Shown here piece by piece: positions 1 through 12,869 of a stretch of DNA of 28,196 bases. The DNA is taken from assembly GCF_006345805.1 (NCBI RefSeq), contig NW_021827507.1, positions 1 through 28,196 of the forward strand, in the 5' to 3' direction. Both the position numbers and the translations under genes were made by a program. Source of the DNA: Octopus sinensis. Lineage: Eukaryota. How positions within the stretch are numbered: the stretch's first letter is position 1; every line of letters starts with the position of its first letter. Under the pieces are notes generated by a model that saw nothing but the letters and a program-made list of their open reading frames with translations, was not told the DNA's origin and ran no database searches.

Positions 1-14
1 CTTCAATAGCGTTT

Positions 15-772
15 GCCCCAGTTTATAATAAGGCTTTAAAAGATAGTGGTTTTAGCGAAAAAATAAAATATACACCTATCACTAGCCCAACAGTAAGGAA
101 AAGGAATAATAGAAATAGGAAGGTCATCTGGTTTACGCCCCCTTACTCACCCGAGGTGGCCTTCAATATAGGTAAATATTTCCTAGCACTGATAGATAGA
201 CATTTTCCAGCTAACCATACTTATAGGAAACTCTTCAATAGACACAATTTAAAAATTAGTTTTAGTTCAACTACCAATTTAAAAACATAATCAAACATAA
301 CATACAAAAACACAACAAAAAACAGCTGTTCATGCAGGAATAAAGAATTGTGCCCGCTAAATGGAGCTTGCATGTCCAAGACCATCATATATGAAGCTAC
401 CGTAAACTCTATACCACTAAAGAAATACACCGTTTCGACGAAGAAATACGTGGCCTTACAGAGGGTAATTTCAAGGCCAGGTTCAATAAACCACACTTTG
501 AGCTTGGCATGGAACAAAAAGAAAAGCGACACAATTATCTATCATTTTTGGTCTTTAAGAGATAAAGGTGTCGATTATACATACAATGGAAGATTTTGGC
601 CAGATGTAAGCCCTATACCAACGGCAGCGGAAGGTGCGGTCTATGCGACATGGAGAGATGGCTTATCTGGAAAGCAAGCTTAGACCCTACTACATGTCTA
701 AATACAAGGACAGAGCTTTTCGGATCATGCCCACATGTGACTAAATTTTTGTTTACGTTTTTGGTCCCCTAA
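15..772 (+). pseudogene. Disrupted PLE polyprotein C-terminus (GIY-YIG endonuclease with CxC-x5-C and CxxC motifs)
   Basis: In-frame stop near 288 and at least two frameshifts; ORF 348..683 captures only part of it. Confidence 0.8.
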
Positions 773-977
773 AGAAAACATATAGAACATGCTTCTCTTT
801 TATGTCCCAAGAAGAATTTATATATTTTTTATATATTTTTATATATTTTTTTATGTATTTTTATATAATTTTTATGACGAAAAATGCGAGCGATGTATAA
901 GTACGCAGGCAAACAAAGTTATAACAGAGTAATTCCCTTTATTTAACGGTATTTTTTCCTAGCGTTTTCAAATAGCC

Positions 978-1040
978 AGATAACCGATGAGATGGTGTTG
1001 TGGATTTCCACTTCGGCATCTGAAACTCAGAGTTTTATCT
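978..1040 (+). ncRNA. Degenerate type I hammerhead ribozyme in PLE 3' UTR
   Basis: Stem I AGATAA(978-983)/TTATCT(1035-1040); core CCGATGA (CUGAUGA with U4>C); stem II GATG/CATC with inner GTGGA/TCCAC hairpin; extra T before GAAA(1022-1025); stem III ACTC-A-GAGT; cleavage triplet GTT. Confidence 0.6.
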
Positions 1041-1225
1041 TGACTACCGAGTAATGTAACATATTATTGTATAGATAAATTTCCTCTATTTACATAATAT
1101 TGAGGTCTCTTTCTTTCTTTTGTTATCTTACCGTTTTATCAATATATATATATATATATAATTGAAATTTACAGAAAAACAAAAGACAAGGACAGGTGTA
1201 TTAGTTTGAATATATATATTTTTTT

Positions 1226-1475
1226 TATTCTTTTACTTGTTTCAGTCATTTCACTGCGGCCATGATGGAGCACCGCCTTTAGTCGAACAAATCGACCACA
1301 GGACTTATACTTTGTAAGCCTAGTACTTATTCTATCGGTCTCTTTTGTCGAACCGCTATGTTTCGGGGACATAAACACACCAACATCGGTTGTCAAGCGA
1401 TGGTACGCGGACAAACAGACACAAAGGCACATACACACAATTATATATACCTATACATACATAACATACACCTAG

Positions 1476-1535
<60 letters not shown>

Positions 1536-1700
1536 CTATATATATATAGATATATATATATTTAACACACGTTTCCGTCTACCAATCCACTCACAGGCTT
1601 TGGTTGGCCCGAGGCTATAGTAGAAAACTTTTCCCAACGCGTTGCGCTGTGGAACTGAACTCTGATTCATTTGGTGGTGAAACAAGCTTCTTACTACACA
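1226..1700 (-). mobile_element. tRNA-derived SINE (family of 21016-21439), head decayed, with internal (TA)n expansion
   Basis: Reverse complement matches 21016-21439 (e.g. CAGTCATTTCACTGCGGCCATGATGGAGCACCGCCTTTAGTCG; CCACTCACAGGCTTTGGTTGGCCCGAGGCTATAGTAGAA). Confidence 0.85.
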
Positions 1701-1722
1701 CACACACACACACTCACACACT

Positions 1723-1757
<35 letters not shown>

Positions 1758-1812
1758 GTACAAAGACATGTGTGAGTATACAAAGAAAAGATGGAGAGAG
1801 ATGTCATATACA

Positions 1813-2587
1813 TCTCTTATTATAAAAGGCAGATTTTATCTGCCTCCCTTTGTAAGTTATAGAAATCTACAATATAGGATTTCTTCAATTACAATTTACC
1901 TAGCATTGTTAAGAGTAGAATGCATCGGGTCATGCCAGTCCAGTTTTTAAAATTTTAAACTACAATTAAGCAAAATTTACAGAAAACTCAATTCTGGTGT
2001 GTATGTCAAATGCTTTTCTTAGTCTGGTTTACAGCACACGCAAACCGCACACCACACAGTGTGCAACGTAAAGTGAAACTGATGTAATATTTGTTTCTGT
2101 CTATCACACGTGATAGATACATGAGTAAAATGTATGGGAAGCTAACAGATAACAGTGAGTGAAAATGTTCTTGAAGAGAGTAAATTAGCGACAGAGTGAT
2201 TGAGGAAGACTAAACTGAAAGTATGAAACAGTGTTTATGTATAAACAGACGACACTTATTAAACCCTTTCGTTACCAACCGCCCGAATTTACCTATTCAT
2301 ATTTAAATGAGAATATCAGAGTAAATCTCTTTAGTACATTCGTGAAAACACGTATTATACTTCGTAAACACTTCAATACAGTTTTTGCACAAAAATCGAA
2401 GTGTAATTTAATTCCGTGGATTATGGGAGATTTTTTTTTCCGAAATTTGTTCCTATTGTGTTTTCAAAATTTGTAATTCTGACAAAAAATGGATACGAAT
2501 TCATTATATCAAGCAGCGAGTCAGATTCGAAGGATTTTCTACTGAAGACTCTTCATAAACTAACTCTATGACTGAAAAAAAAAAGCA
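1813..2587 (+). mobile_element. Possible second Helitron 5' segment upstream of the 2588-2986 Helitron
   Basis: Starts A|TCTCTTATTATAAAAGGC, resembling a Helitron TC...TATAA 5' end; no 3' hairpin/CTAG of its own was seen before 2588. Confidence 0.35.
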
Positions 2588-2986
2588 TCTTTATATAAGA
2601 GTGAAGTTGTGTGTCTGTCCCCTTCGATTTAGATTCGTAACTACTCCCACATTTTGCGGTGCAGTTTAACCAAAAGCGGGTATCTTATAGTCGTGATTCA
2701 TATCGAGCCCTCTTGGTATTAGCGCGAGCGTCTACGATGAGTCTACGATTTTAAAAAATTTACCATCATATTTTTCCATTTTAATGCATTTTTTTCGCTT
2801 TTATATAAGGGAAGTAACTCTCTAAAAATATCTACGATTGTGTCAACGATTTTTAAAAAAAAATTTACCTTATTTTTTTTCAATTTTTTAATGCATTTTT
2901 TTGCTATTTTTTGGCTATAACTCTCTAAAAATGCTTATATAGTTATTTCCCTTACAAACCCGAGCAACGCCGGGCGATACTGCTAG
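2588..2986 (+). mobile_element. Non-autonomous Helitron
   Basis: 5' A|TCTTTATATAA; subterminal GC hairpin CCCG-A-GC-AAC-GC-CGGG (2959-2974); 3' CTAG|T at 2983-2987; inserted between A and T without TSD; internal ~100-bp tandem duplication (2731-2829 / 2831-2931). Confidence 0.85.
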
Positions 2987-3091
2987 TATATATATAAAAG
3001 TATATCTATATATATGTATGTGTTCGTGTGTGTGTGAGAAAGTGTGTATGTGTGTGTGCGCGAGCGCCCATGCATGTAGGGAATCTTTCAT

Positions 3092-3565
3092 TGACTGATT
3101 ACACAAGAATGGATTCCACCCCTACGCATGCGCCGATGCTACTCTCTCGACAGAGCTTGCTGATCCAGACCGTCGATCTTCAAAGATTTTTCAGTATCAA
3201 TATAAGAAGCAGGTTTGGCCCAGTTGAGCCCCTTCCGCTTCTTCTTCACAATCCGCCATGCTGCAGTTCCATGACATCCGCGGATTCCCCTGACTCTCTG
3301 TCGCCATCCAATTCCGTTGTTACGAATTTGAATCGGGAGCTTCAGTCACAGTGAATCTTTCATTAGCTGATTACAAGACCATGAACGGTAATCCCATGGC
3401 TGTTTTGCAATTACTCTCTTAGTAGAGTTTGGTGATCCTGATAGGGTTTGGTGATTCTTCCGCTCAACATCAATGTATGAAGCACCGTCGTCTCAGTTGA
3501 GCTCTTCCACTACCTCTTCGCAATCCGCCATGCTGCAATCCTATGACATCGCTGTATCCCTGGCA
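3092..3565. repeat. Diverged direct duplication, period ~273 bp
   Basis: CAGTTGAGCCCCTTCCGCTTCTTCTTCACAATCCGCCATGCTGCAGTTCCATGACATC (3221-3278) vs CAGTTGAGCTCTTCCACTACCTCTTCGCAATCCGCCATGCTGCAATCCTATGACATC (3494-3550); upstream CTGATTACA and TACTCTCT..AGAG..TG.TGATCC also recur. Confidence 0.75.
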
Positions 3566-4260
3566 GGGTGGCTGACCGGGTGCTATACCTTGCCAAAGGA
3601 CAGCCCATAACTATGCAGGGCACGGTAGTCACTTCATGAAGTGTTTTCAAGATACCCGAATACATAAACATCCTAGCCCTTATCAAAATCCACGTCCTAA
3701 AGATGGCTAAGAACCAATTGCTAACACACTGCACTATCTACCCCAACCTCCACAGATACGCTGTATCCTCGCTTTGTCTTTTTCTATCTTTAAGACAACT
3801 ACCTTTAAAACTCGTAACTGGCTAAAGGTTACATCTTTACACATGCTCATCCGACTCCCTGACTCTCCAGCTCTCGTATAGCGGTGTCTAGGACTGCAGG
3901 TGACAATCCACGAATAGGCACACCTCCTAACACAACAAACAGGAAAGACCGCTATATTCTAAGAAAGCATGTGTAGGACGCTTTTCAGATGGTTGCAGAC
4001 GCAGCTCTACGAGAAGCCGGCACCGATGTTACTCGCTGTTGCCTTCATGTGTATGAAATAGTATACAGGCGTTCAAGATGAGGTATAAGTAATCCTAATT
4101 GAAAGGATGTAGAAAGGCTAAACTACATTCAGCTCAGTGTGGCCTACCCTGCAGACGTCTTGCTCAGCAATACATTGACTGTTGGAAGTTTGGACGCTAG
4201 TGAGTTGGCTCACTGAATATTGAGCATATTTTGATGACAGTACTTTTTAGCACAGGAGAC

Positions 4261-4264
<4 letters not shown>

Positions 4265-4315
<51 letters not shown>

Positions 4316-4435
4316 TATATATATACATGCAGAGAGACAGACAGACAGAGACAGGGTGAGAATATAGAGGAGGGATAGACATTAAGATTTATAAATTGAA
4401 CATGATTGATATAAACACTTTCCCTCTCCTTATAT

Positions 4436-4482
<47 letters not shown>
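4265..4482. repeat. (CA)n and (GA)n microsatellites
   Basis: Perfect tracts at ~4265-4307 and ~4439-4482. Confidence 0.95.
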
Positions 4483-4484
<2 letters not shown>

Positions 4485-4512
4485 AAGAGAAATATTAAAA
4501 CGAAAGAAGCAT

Positions 4513-4615
4513 TAAAATGTCTGATGTCAAATAAGTCAGCGTCGAAACAGCGTCGCCATGTAAGGGACGCCAAATAAGCGGTGCCAAAATATCTGTGCTA
4601 AAATGTCTCATACCC
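4513..4615. repeat. Degenerate 14-15-bp minisatellite (approx. GCCAAAATGTCTG), like DNA-transposon subterminal repeats
   Basis: TAAAATGTCTGATGT/CAAATAAGTCAGCGT/CGAAACAGCGTCGC/CATGTAAGGGACGC/CAAATAAGCGGTGC/CAAAATATCTGTGC/TAAAATGTCTCATACC. Confidence 0.55.
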
Positions 4616-5378
4616 ATTGACCAAGTCAATGCACGCTCTGCATTTTTTATGCCCACCGTCAAGACTCCAGCTTTCAACAAAATAATATTGAATAACACGG
4701 AATAACCCAAGAACCAATGCGCAATCCAACAACTCCTACAGTCCGAAAGTATTGATGTCATGCACTGACCGACTTCCTGTCAATCTCCGTGAGAACATCT
4801 TTAGTAAGAACTGAGAAGACGGACAAAATCAGCATCTACATTGAACCAGTAGCTGCATGACTTCATCTACATATCGATAGTGGCGTAGTTCGAAAGTGGA
4901 GCGGCCATGGGAACGATGCACCCCAAATGGCGCTTTTAGAAGGGCGGCACTTTAGAGTTGCTTAATGAGCCTGTATAAAAGATAGAGAATGCAAATTCAA
5001 GAGCTACCCTGAGCGGTACATGCTCTACCTACACGAACGGGTGGCAAGCAATTATTGATGAAAGCTTCACTAGAACCAGAATCAAATATCTGATTTTATT
5101 CAAGTATGGAAGATATCAGGCTACCATCAAGGTAAACGGTATTCACACATATTACTGAGATTTGCAACGTAACCAATCACTTCATATATGGAATGCAAGT
5201 TGGAAAACAGTAATATATATTCTTCTGCGATGACTCTGTTTTCATTCTCACAAAAATCAGATACTCGTAAAATCGATTGTTTGATTTTTGTTGAAAGTTT
5301 CATGAGATAAAAAGATACCCGAAATACAATTGCATTGTGTATTCACGTTCTCTATGAAAGTCAGTTCAAAGATGAATG

Positions 5379-5458
<80 letters not shown>

Positions 5459-5668
5459 GATAGGTAAGTAGGTAGGTAGGTAGGTAGGTAGGTAGGTAAG
5501 TAGGTAGGTAGATATGCATCATATATACATACAAAGATTTACACAAATATATTTATATTATATAATAGTAATGTACATGTATATATATATATATACAAAC
5601 ACACACATACATATATATATATATATGCATATATATACGTACATACATGTATAATTATATATATATAT

Positions 5669-5725
<57 letters not shown>

Positions 5726-5752
5726 TATATATACGTACATACATGTATATAT

Positions 5753-5786
<34 letters not shown>

Positions 5787-5920
5787 ATTATGTATATGAA
5801 TGTGTGAATATGTATGTGTGTATGTATATAATGTATATAACAATGTATGTGAATTTAAGTCTGTGTGCTTTATTCAGCATGTGTATACATGTATGTGTGT
5901 GTATACACACGTACGTACTT
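5379..5920. repeat. Compound microsatellite (GATA)n-(GGTA)n-(TA)n-(TG/TA)n
   Basis: Directly visible. Confidence 0.95.
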
Positions 5921-6280
5921 ACGAACCATGTAAAAAGTATTTTCATTTATTATCAATGCCTATATCTCAGAACTAAACAATTATTCTTCCATATTTATTC
6001 CTATTTTTACGAGTTTGTGTCAAAAGCAGTTCTCATATTGTCACTAAATATTTTGTTAGTTCTGCGTGAAGTGGAGGGGGGCGGATATATATAAACGAAG
6101 ATAAACAGACAGACAGATTGGCAGATTATATATATATATATATACCGGGCCGTACAATGGAAGCCATTACGCAACAGTAAATTACACATTGAATACAAAA
6201 TTGAAGATGGTATACATGTATACAAGATATATATCCTGTCCATATGTTGTCCTTATTTCTTCCTCACAATTATGTGTGTG

Positions 6281-6342
<62 letters not shown>

Positions 6343-6344
<2 letters not shown>

Positions 6345-8100
6345 TGAAAATTCGAAGGGACTTTCTACGCGTGGCCAATATAACAAATAAGGTTTAAGGT
6401 GAAGAAGCACAGAAATCTTGTTTAGGTAGATGAAGATTATTTAATCCATTACGATATGTATAGAGTCGACCGGTTTCGCTTCACTAATCATGACTCAATG
6501 TTATGAAATCATAATAAATGTTTGATTTAATCATACGTAGAAACAGGTATGATACAGTTTTGCGGTTATGCAGGAGAGTGAATATAATGTTGTTTTTTTT
6601 TGCTATGGGATAATCAGTGGCTATAATATTTCTTAGCTGAACGGAGGTAAATCTTTTTTTTCCTTTTTTCTATATCTTTTAATAATAAGTTCTGGTTTGT
6701 ATTTTTCTATAAATGTAGCCACTTTATTTAGTCGTTGTTGAGTTGAGGTCCTTTCCGCTTGATATAGCGGAAATATTGTGAATTGTGGTTGGCGTTCCTT
6801 AGTACATCTGTCTATGTGACCACTGAGAGGTATTTGACGGTATCTGGGGTGGTAGATTTGTAGGCTGTGTAGTGTAGATCTACCTCTTAGGGACATTCCT
6901 GTTGAACCTATACAGTTCCTACTGCAACCGGAACACGTTATGATTAGATGAGATTTTCAGAGGCGCAAGTGAAGTAAGTTTTAATTTAATATTTTTGTCC
7001 TTGTTTAAAATGGAACTCTGAGCCTTCCATTATATTAGGACATGTTCCACAGTTCGGTCGTCCACATTTTTCAACTCTTGCTTCCGTAAATTTTGAGTAT
7101 AGTTTTGCATTTGTGAGTATCTGCCTTAGTGGCTTTGGCTGTTTGTTGGTTTTGATAATTTTATGGGTGGGTACAATTTCATACAGCTTAGGGTCCTTAT
7201 GTAGTATTGAAAGGCTATATATGCTTCGTTGTTTCTGGAGTTGTATGTGGAAATATAAGGTAATATTTTTGGAATGGGTTTGTTCTTTTGTTTGACCTCT
7301 TTTAGTATTTATATATCAATTCTTTTTGCATGCTTTATCCTATCATCTATAAGCGAAGTTGAGTAGTGTCTGTCGACAAGTATGTTTTAAGGTTCATGCA
7401 GTCTGAGTTCTCTGGTGTTTTTTTTTCCGACACTATAGTGCAGATTCGTCTCGCTAGATTGAATGGGATATTTATTTGGATATGTCTCGGGTGGCATGAT
7501 CTAAAAAATAAGTATTGTTTCCAGTATGTAGTTTTGTATTATATGTTGGTTTCTATTTTTTTATTTACTTTTTTTTTGTATTTTTAGAAAAGGGAGTTCA
7601 TTTTTGTTGTGTTCCATTGTGAATTGTATATTTGTATTTATGCTATAAACAATCTTTTGTATTCCAGAAGATTCTCCATTTTCTCATTCCATAGAATGAA
7701 GCACTCATCCAAATATTTTTTCCAATTTTCCGTTATGTATTAGGAGAGGGAATTTCCGAATTTTGTCATTGACTCCTGATATACTGTTAGTTCCAAGTAG
7801 CTCATTGTCAGGTTTAGAAAACCGGGGGCTACTTTGGTTCCCGTCACAGCTCCAAATTTTTGTCGGTATTCATGTAATGATTTTCCTGGAGAATAAATTT
7901 TAATGATTCAATTATAAAGTTTTTGATAATACGTTCCGGTATTTCTGGATAGTTTGACAACCAGAACTGAGTTGCTTCTTATCCATAATTATGGTATACA
8001 GGTTTACAAAACAAAGGTCGACTCTGTACCTATTGAAATGGATTAAATATACTTTATCTATACAAACAAGATATCTGCTTTAAGACCTAAATTCTTATTT
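6343..8100 (-). mobile_element. 5'-truncated Penelope-like element (Neptune-like, Cys-rich linker and CCHH GIY-YIG) with inverted terminal copy of its 3' tail
   Basis: Minus-strand translation: YRQKFGAVTGTKVAPGFLNLTMSYLE (RT motif B, ~7790-7870); ENWKKYLDECFILW (YLDD-like, ~7690-7730); KQYLFFRSCHPRHIQINIPFNLARRICTIVSE (thumb); KCGRPNCGTC; FTCASENLI..ITCSGCSRNCIGSTGMSLRGRSTLH...HIDRC (GIY-YIG; ORF 6633..6896). Many stops/frameshifts. 3' end abuts (TA)n at 6342; 8016-8100 is an inverted copy of ~6385-6471. Confidence 0.9.
6463..6496 (-). ncRNA. Degenerate minimal type I hammerhead ribozyme in PLE 3' UTR
   Basis: Minus strand GAGTC-ATGATTA-GTGAAGC-GAA-ACCGGT-C-GACTC: stem I GAGTC/GACTC, core 2 mismatches from CTGATGA, vestigial stem II, palindromic stem III ACCGGT, GTC cleavage triplet. 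Confidence 0.65.
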
Positions 8101-9060
<960 letters not shown>

Positions 9061-9479
9061 AAAGGTAGGGAGTTTCTCGAGGAAAAGGTAGATATGCAGA
9101 AATTATGAGACAATAGTGTTATAACCAGATTGTACAAAAAGGTAGCTCCTTTTTGTTTTATTGTTTCGTTAAAAAAGAAGCCAAAAGTATATATTTTCTC
9201 TTACACATTTTTTTCTGTTTTGTACTTTTTTTTGTACATTATTTTAATGGAGTCGCTGTTTGATGGCAACTTTTGTTTCAATAATTGGTAATGCAAGAGA
9301 TATTGGAAACTTGAGTTGAAGAGTTTCACATGGATTAAAAGACTGTATCAAATGGTAGGAAAGAGAATGGTGTAAAAGGAACGCTGGAAAATGAAGAATG
9401 TGAGGGGGATGGGGTGAGGTATGGGTGTGTGGTGTATGCGCGTGAGGGAGTGTAATGGAATGTTTGATATTCCTGCGTA

Positions 9480-9931
9480 TATCACACACACACACACACA
9501 TATAACACACACACTTACAAACACACACACATTCACGAGCGCGCACGCATGCACATACAAACACACATACACACATGCATACACACATGCACATTCATGT
9601 GCACACGCATTTAAACACTTGTATATGTACACCGTAGATATATATGTGCTTATATATATGTACTTATATATGTACTTAGATTTATGAGTACTGTATGTAC
9701 CTATCTATCTATCTATCCAACTATCTATCTTTCTATCTATCTGTGAATCTCTCTTCCTCTCTCTCTCTCTCTCTGTATATATATATATATATATCAAAAT
9801 ACATACATACATATATACATACATACATATATACATACATATATATATATATATTTACACATGCACACAGATACGCACACCCACACACAAACACATTAAC
9901 ATATACATATATATGTGTACGTGTGTGTATT

Positions 9932-9972
<41 letters not shown>

Positions 9973-10006
9973 GCATATGCATATATAACATCATCATCTT
10001 CATATG

Positions 10007-10059
<53 letters not shown>

Positions 10060-10156
10060 GTATTTATGTACGTATGTATGTATGCAGCCATGTATATGAG
10101 TATATATGTATGTATTTATGTATATATGTACGTATGTATGTACGTTTGTATGTGTG

Positions 10157-10189
<33 letters not shown>

Positions 10190-10509
10190 CTGTGTGTGTG
10201 TGTAATAGAAAAGAACGCTGGTAAGAGATATTATGTAATGGGATTAAGCACAACATAACATCAACCATTTCCCATTCTTAGAAGATTACAATACTACACG
10301 CAAGGATACCATACACTCAATCAGATACAAACACACACATACACACACACACATACACACACACACGCACACTCACATACACACACACGCTCGAATACAC
10401 AGAATTAGGCTTGCATATGCATATGTACATTGCGACACACCGAAAAAGCATACTTCCCAAATACATAATTGATGCAATATATAGCGATAAATATAATGTT
10501 CACATACAC

Positions 10510-10540
<31 letters not shown>

Positions 10541-10742
10541 TATATATATATATATATATCTATATTATATATATATACGCCTACCACCTACACATATACC
10601 CAAATAAGCATACCCAGGTATTTTAAACATACATGGTTGTGCGTGTGTAGGTGTGGTGTGTTTCCTGTATCAAGTAATCTATAAATATATAGTCCTTTAT
10701 ATTCATGCACATACATATGTGTGTGTTGTGGTGTGTGTGTAT

Positions 10743-10779
<37 letters not shown>

Positions 10780-10947
10780 TGTATATGTGTGTGTGTGTTT
10801 ACATATATATATATATGTATATATATATTTATATATTATACATACATGCATGTATATGTATATTTATATGTGAGTATCTATCTATCTACCTATCTCTGTC
10901 TCTGTCTCTGTCTGTCTGTCTGTCTCTCTCTCTCTCCTCTCCTCTCT

Positions 10948-10996
<49 letters not shown>

Positions 10997-11518
10997 CTTT
11001 GTTCTGTAATACTTATACCAGCTCGATCGGTATGCATCGTCTGTAGCCAATCTCCATTTAGGTAGGTATCACATCCCTGTATCTAAAGTTGGAATAAAGG
11101 CGCAAATTCGACCTCACCACTAATTGTAGCTGCCTCTTGTCTTACGTCATTCGACATCGTATCACTCACAATACCCACAATTTATATATGTATGTCTATG
11201 CGTGCACGCGCACGCGTGTATTTGCGCGCGTGTGTGTGTGAATGTGTGTACGGGTGACTGGAAACATGAAACTCAGAATTGCGAATCGAGAAGCTTTTTC
11301 CTTTTACTCCAATATACACACACCTTATATTAAGGACGTTTTTTTATCTCATTTTCCACAAAGAAGCATTCACTAATCTATTCTACATGCTCAAGCCCAT
11401 AAACATGTATATGTGTGTGCATACACACACACACACACAACACACCCACACCACACATATATATGTGTGTAAATATATCTATATATATATATATATGTAT
11501 ATTATATACATACATATA

Positions 11519-11551
<33 letters not shown>

Positions 11552-11700
11552 ATATGTATGTATGTATGTATGTATTTATTTATGTATGTATATATATCGA
11601 TAGATAGATACATATAGATTGAGAGAAAGAGAGACACGCACACGCACACACATATTTGTGTATCTGTGTGTTTTGGTGTTTGTGTGACTATATATATATA
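9480..11700. repeat. Low-complexity block of (CA)n/(TA)n/(TATG)n/(TC)n with short unique islands
   Basis: Directly visible. Confidence 0.9.
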
Positions 11701-11707
11701 CCTAATA

Positions 11708-11716
11708 TACTACTGG

Positions 11717-11752
<36 letters not shown>

Positions 11753-11779
11753 CACTACTACTACTACTACTACTATTAT
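11708..11779. repeat. (TAC)n trinucleotide repeat grading into (TAT)n
   Basis: Directly visible. Confidence 0.95.
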
Positions 11780-12337
11780 TGAGTGAGAGAGCAGTGCATG
11801 CCATCAAAGTGACACTGGGGTAAAATATACGAAGCCCAGTATACCCATCATGACTACCCGTCTGATAAGGGTACACTAGGCACATGCATCACAACCATAT
11901 GTGCGCGACATGGTAATCTCATATGAAGATAAACAGCACATGACCTTGCAGGTGGGGCCCAGTTAGAATTTTCTTCTTTTCGAGTAACCCATCCCGCTCA
12001 AAAGGTCCCTGAATGAGGGTTGTTTAAGGATGTTGAACGAAACACCCATGTTTTCAGAGGTGAATTATCCAAACCTCTAAGAATTCCTTTCAACACACGG
12101 CTATGATGCTCCCCTACTACTTCTGCTCGTGGTCAGAGATGCACATATCGTCAGCCACTAAGGGACGTGCTCAACTTGTTACGGTCAAACAACTGACATG
12201 CAAATCTGTGGTATTGAGCAGAATATTTGCTGTAGCCCATTTTTTATACCAAGACAAAACAATGTACATGATAACACTTCCAATCAGTTAAGATCGGAAG
12301 CCACGAGAGCCACTGTCTGGTACAGCATCAGGGCATA
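11780..12337. mobile_element. Unclassified ~560-bp non-coding insert bracketed by trinucleotide repeats
   Basis: Sharp boundaries; more GC-balanced than surroundings; left flank (TAC)n/TAT, right flank (TAT)n(TGT)n; no recognisable ORF. Confidence 0.4.
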
Positions 12338-12398
<61 letters not shown>

Positions 12399-12400
12399 AT
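12338..12400. repeat. (TAT)n(TGT)n repeat
   Basis: Directly visible. Confidence 0.95.
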
Positions 12401-12646
12401 GGCCATCAGCCTGTGAAGTCATACATGTTGGACCTCCATAATTTGTAAGTATTTAAATCAAGCCTTTCAGCTGGTTGCAGCCCGTTTATTCAAAATTTTA
12501 TTCAACAAGTATTTTGCTAACATTGTCTGGATCGTGGTTGTATTATTTTGTGTAATTGCACCCCCTTTTTGGGGTGGGGTGTAATAATTATTTTGCATTT
12601 TTTTTTTGCATTCTATGTGAAGACAGGATTCTGTTCATTTTTCCAG

Positions 12647-12734
12647 TTTAAAAAAATGTCGGAATACGAAGAAATAGTAATAATTGACCAACAACGGCGT
12701 TCTGTTGTAACTCCGAACAGAAAAGTAGCTGAAG
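12647..12734 (+). other. Candidate spliced exon containing a start codon
   Basis: Acceptor TTCATTTTTCCAG|; AAAAAATG at 12656; MSEYEEIVIIDQQRRSVVTPNRKVAE; donor AAG|GTGAAA. No homology recognised and no partner exon found. Confidence 0.2.
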
Positions 12735-12869
12735 GTGAAATAAATTTCTCGTCAAATAGAAATATAATTTCTTCTTGTTGCTATGACGTCAGTATCAAGT
12801 GCAAAAGTACCAGCAGCAACCGTAATGACGACGGCGACGACTACAACAAAAATGTGAACAGCAGCAAGT

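Larger units (their letters stand above)
1..1141 (+). mobile_element. Penelope-like element, 3' part (RT thumb/linker + GIY-YIG endonuclease remnant + 3' UTR with hammerhead), runs off the window start
   Basis: Manual translation: APVYNKALKDSGFSEKIKY...RNRKVIWFTPPYSPEVAFNIGKYFLALIDRHFPANHTYRKLFNRHNLKISFS; CSCRNKELCPLNGACMSKTIIYEATV...KKYV/(G)LTEGNFKARF; ARCKPYTNGSGRCGLCDMERWLI...LNTRTELFGSCPH, stop at 770-772. Degenerate hammerhead at 978-1040; ends at (TA)n from 1142. Confidence 0.85.

Noticed and set aside
348-683. Stand-alone 111-aa protein gene
   Set aside because: Fragment of a frameshifted PLE endonuclease region.
4878-5040. hAT-like MITE starting TAGTGGCGTAG
   Set aside because: Right end too degenerate and no 8-bp TSD seen.
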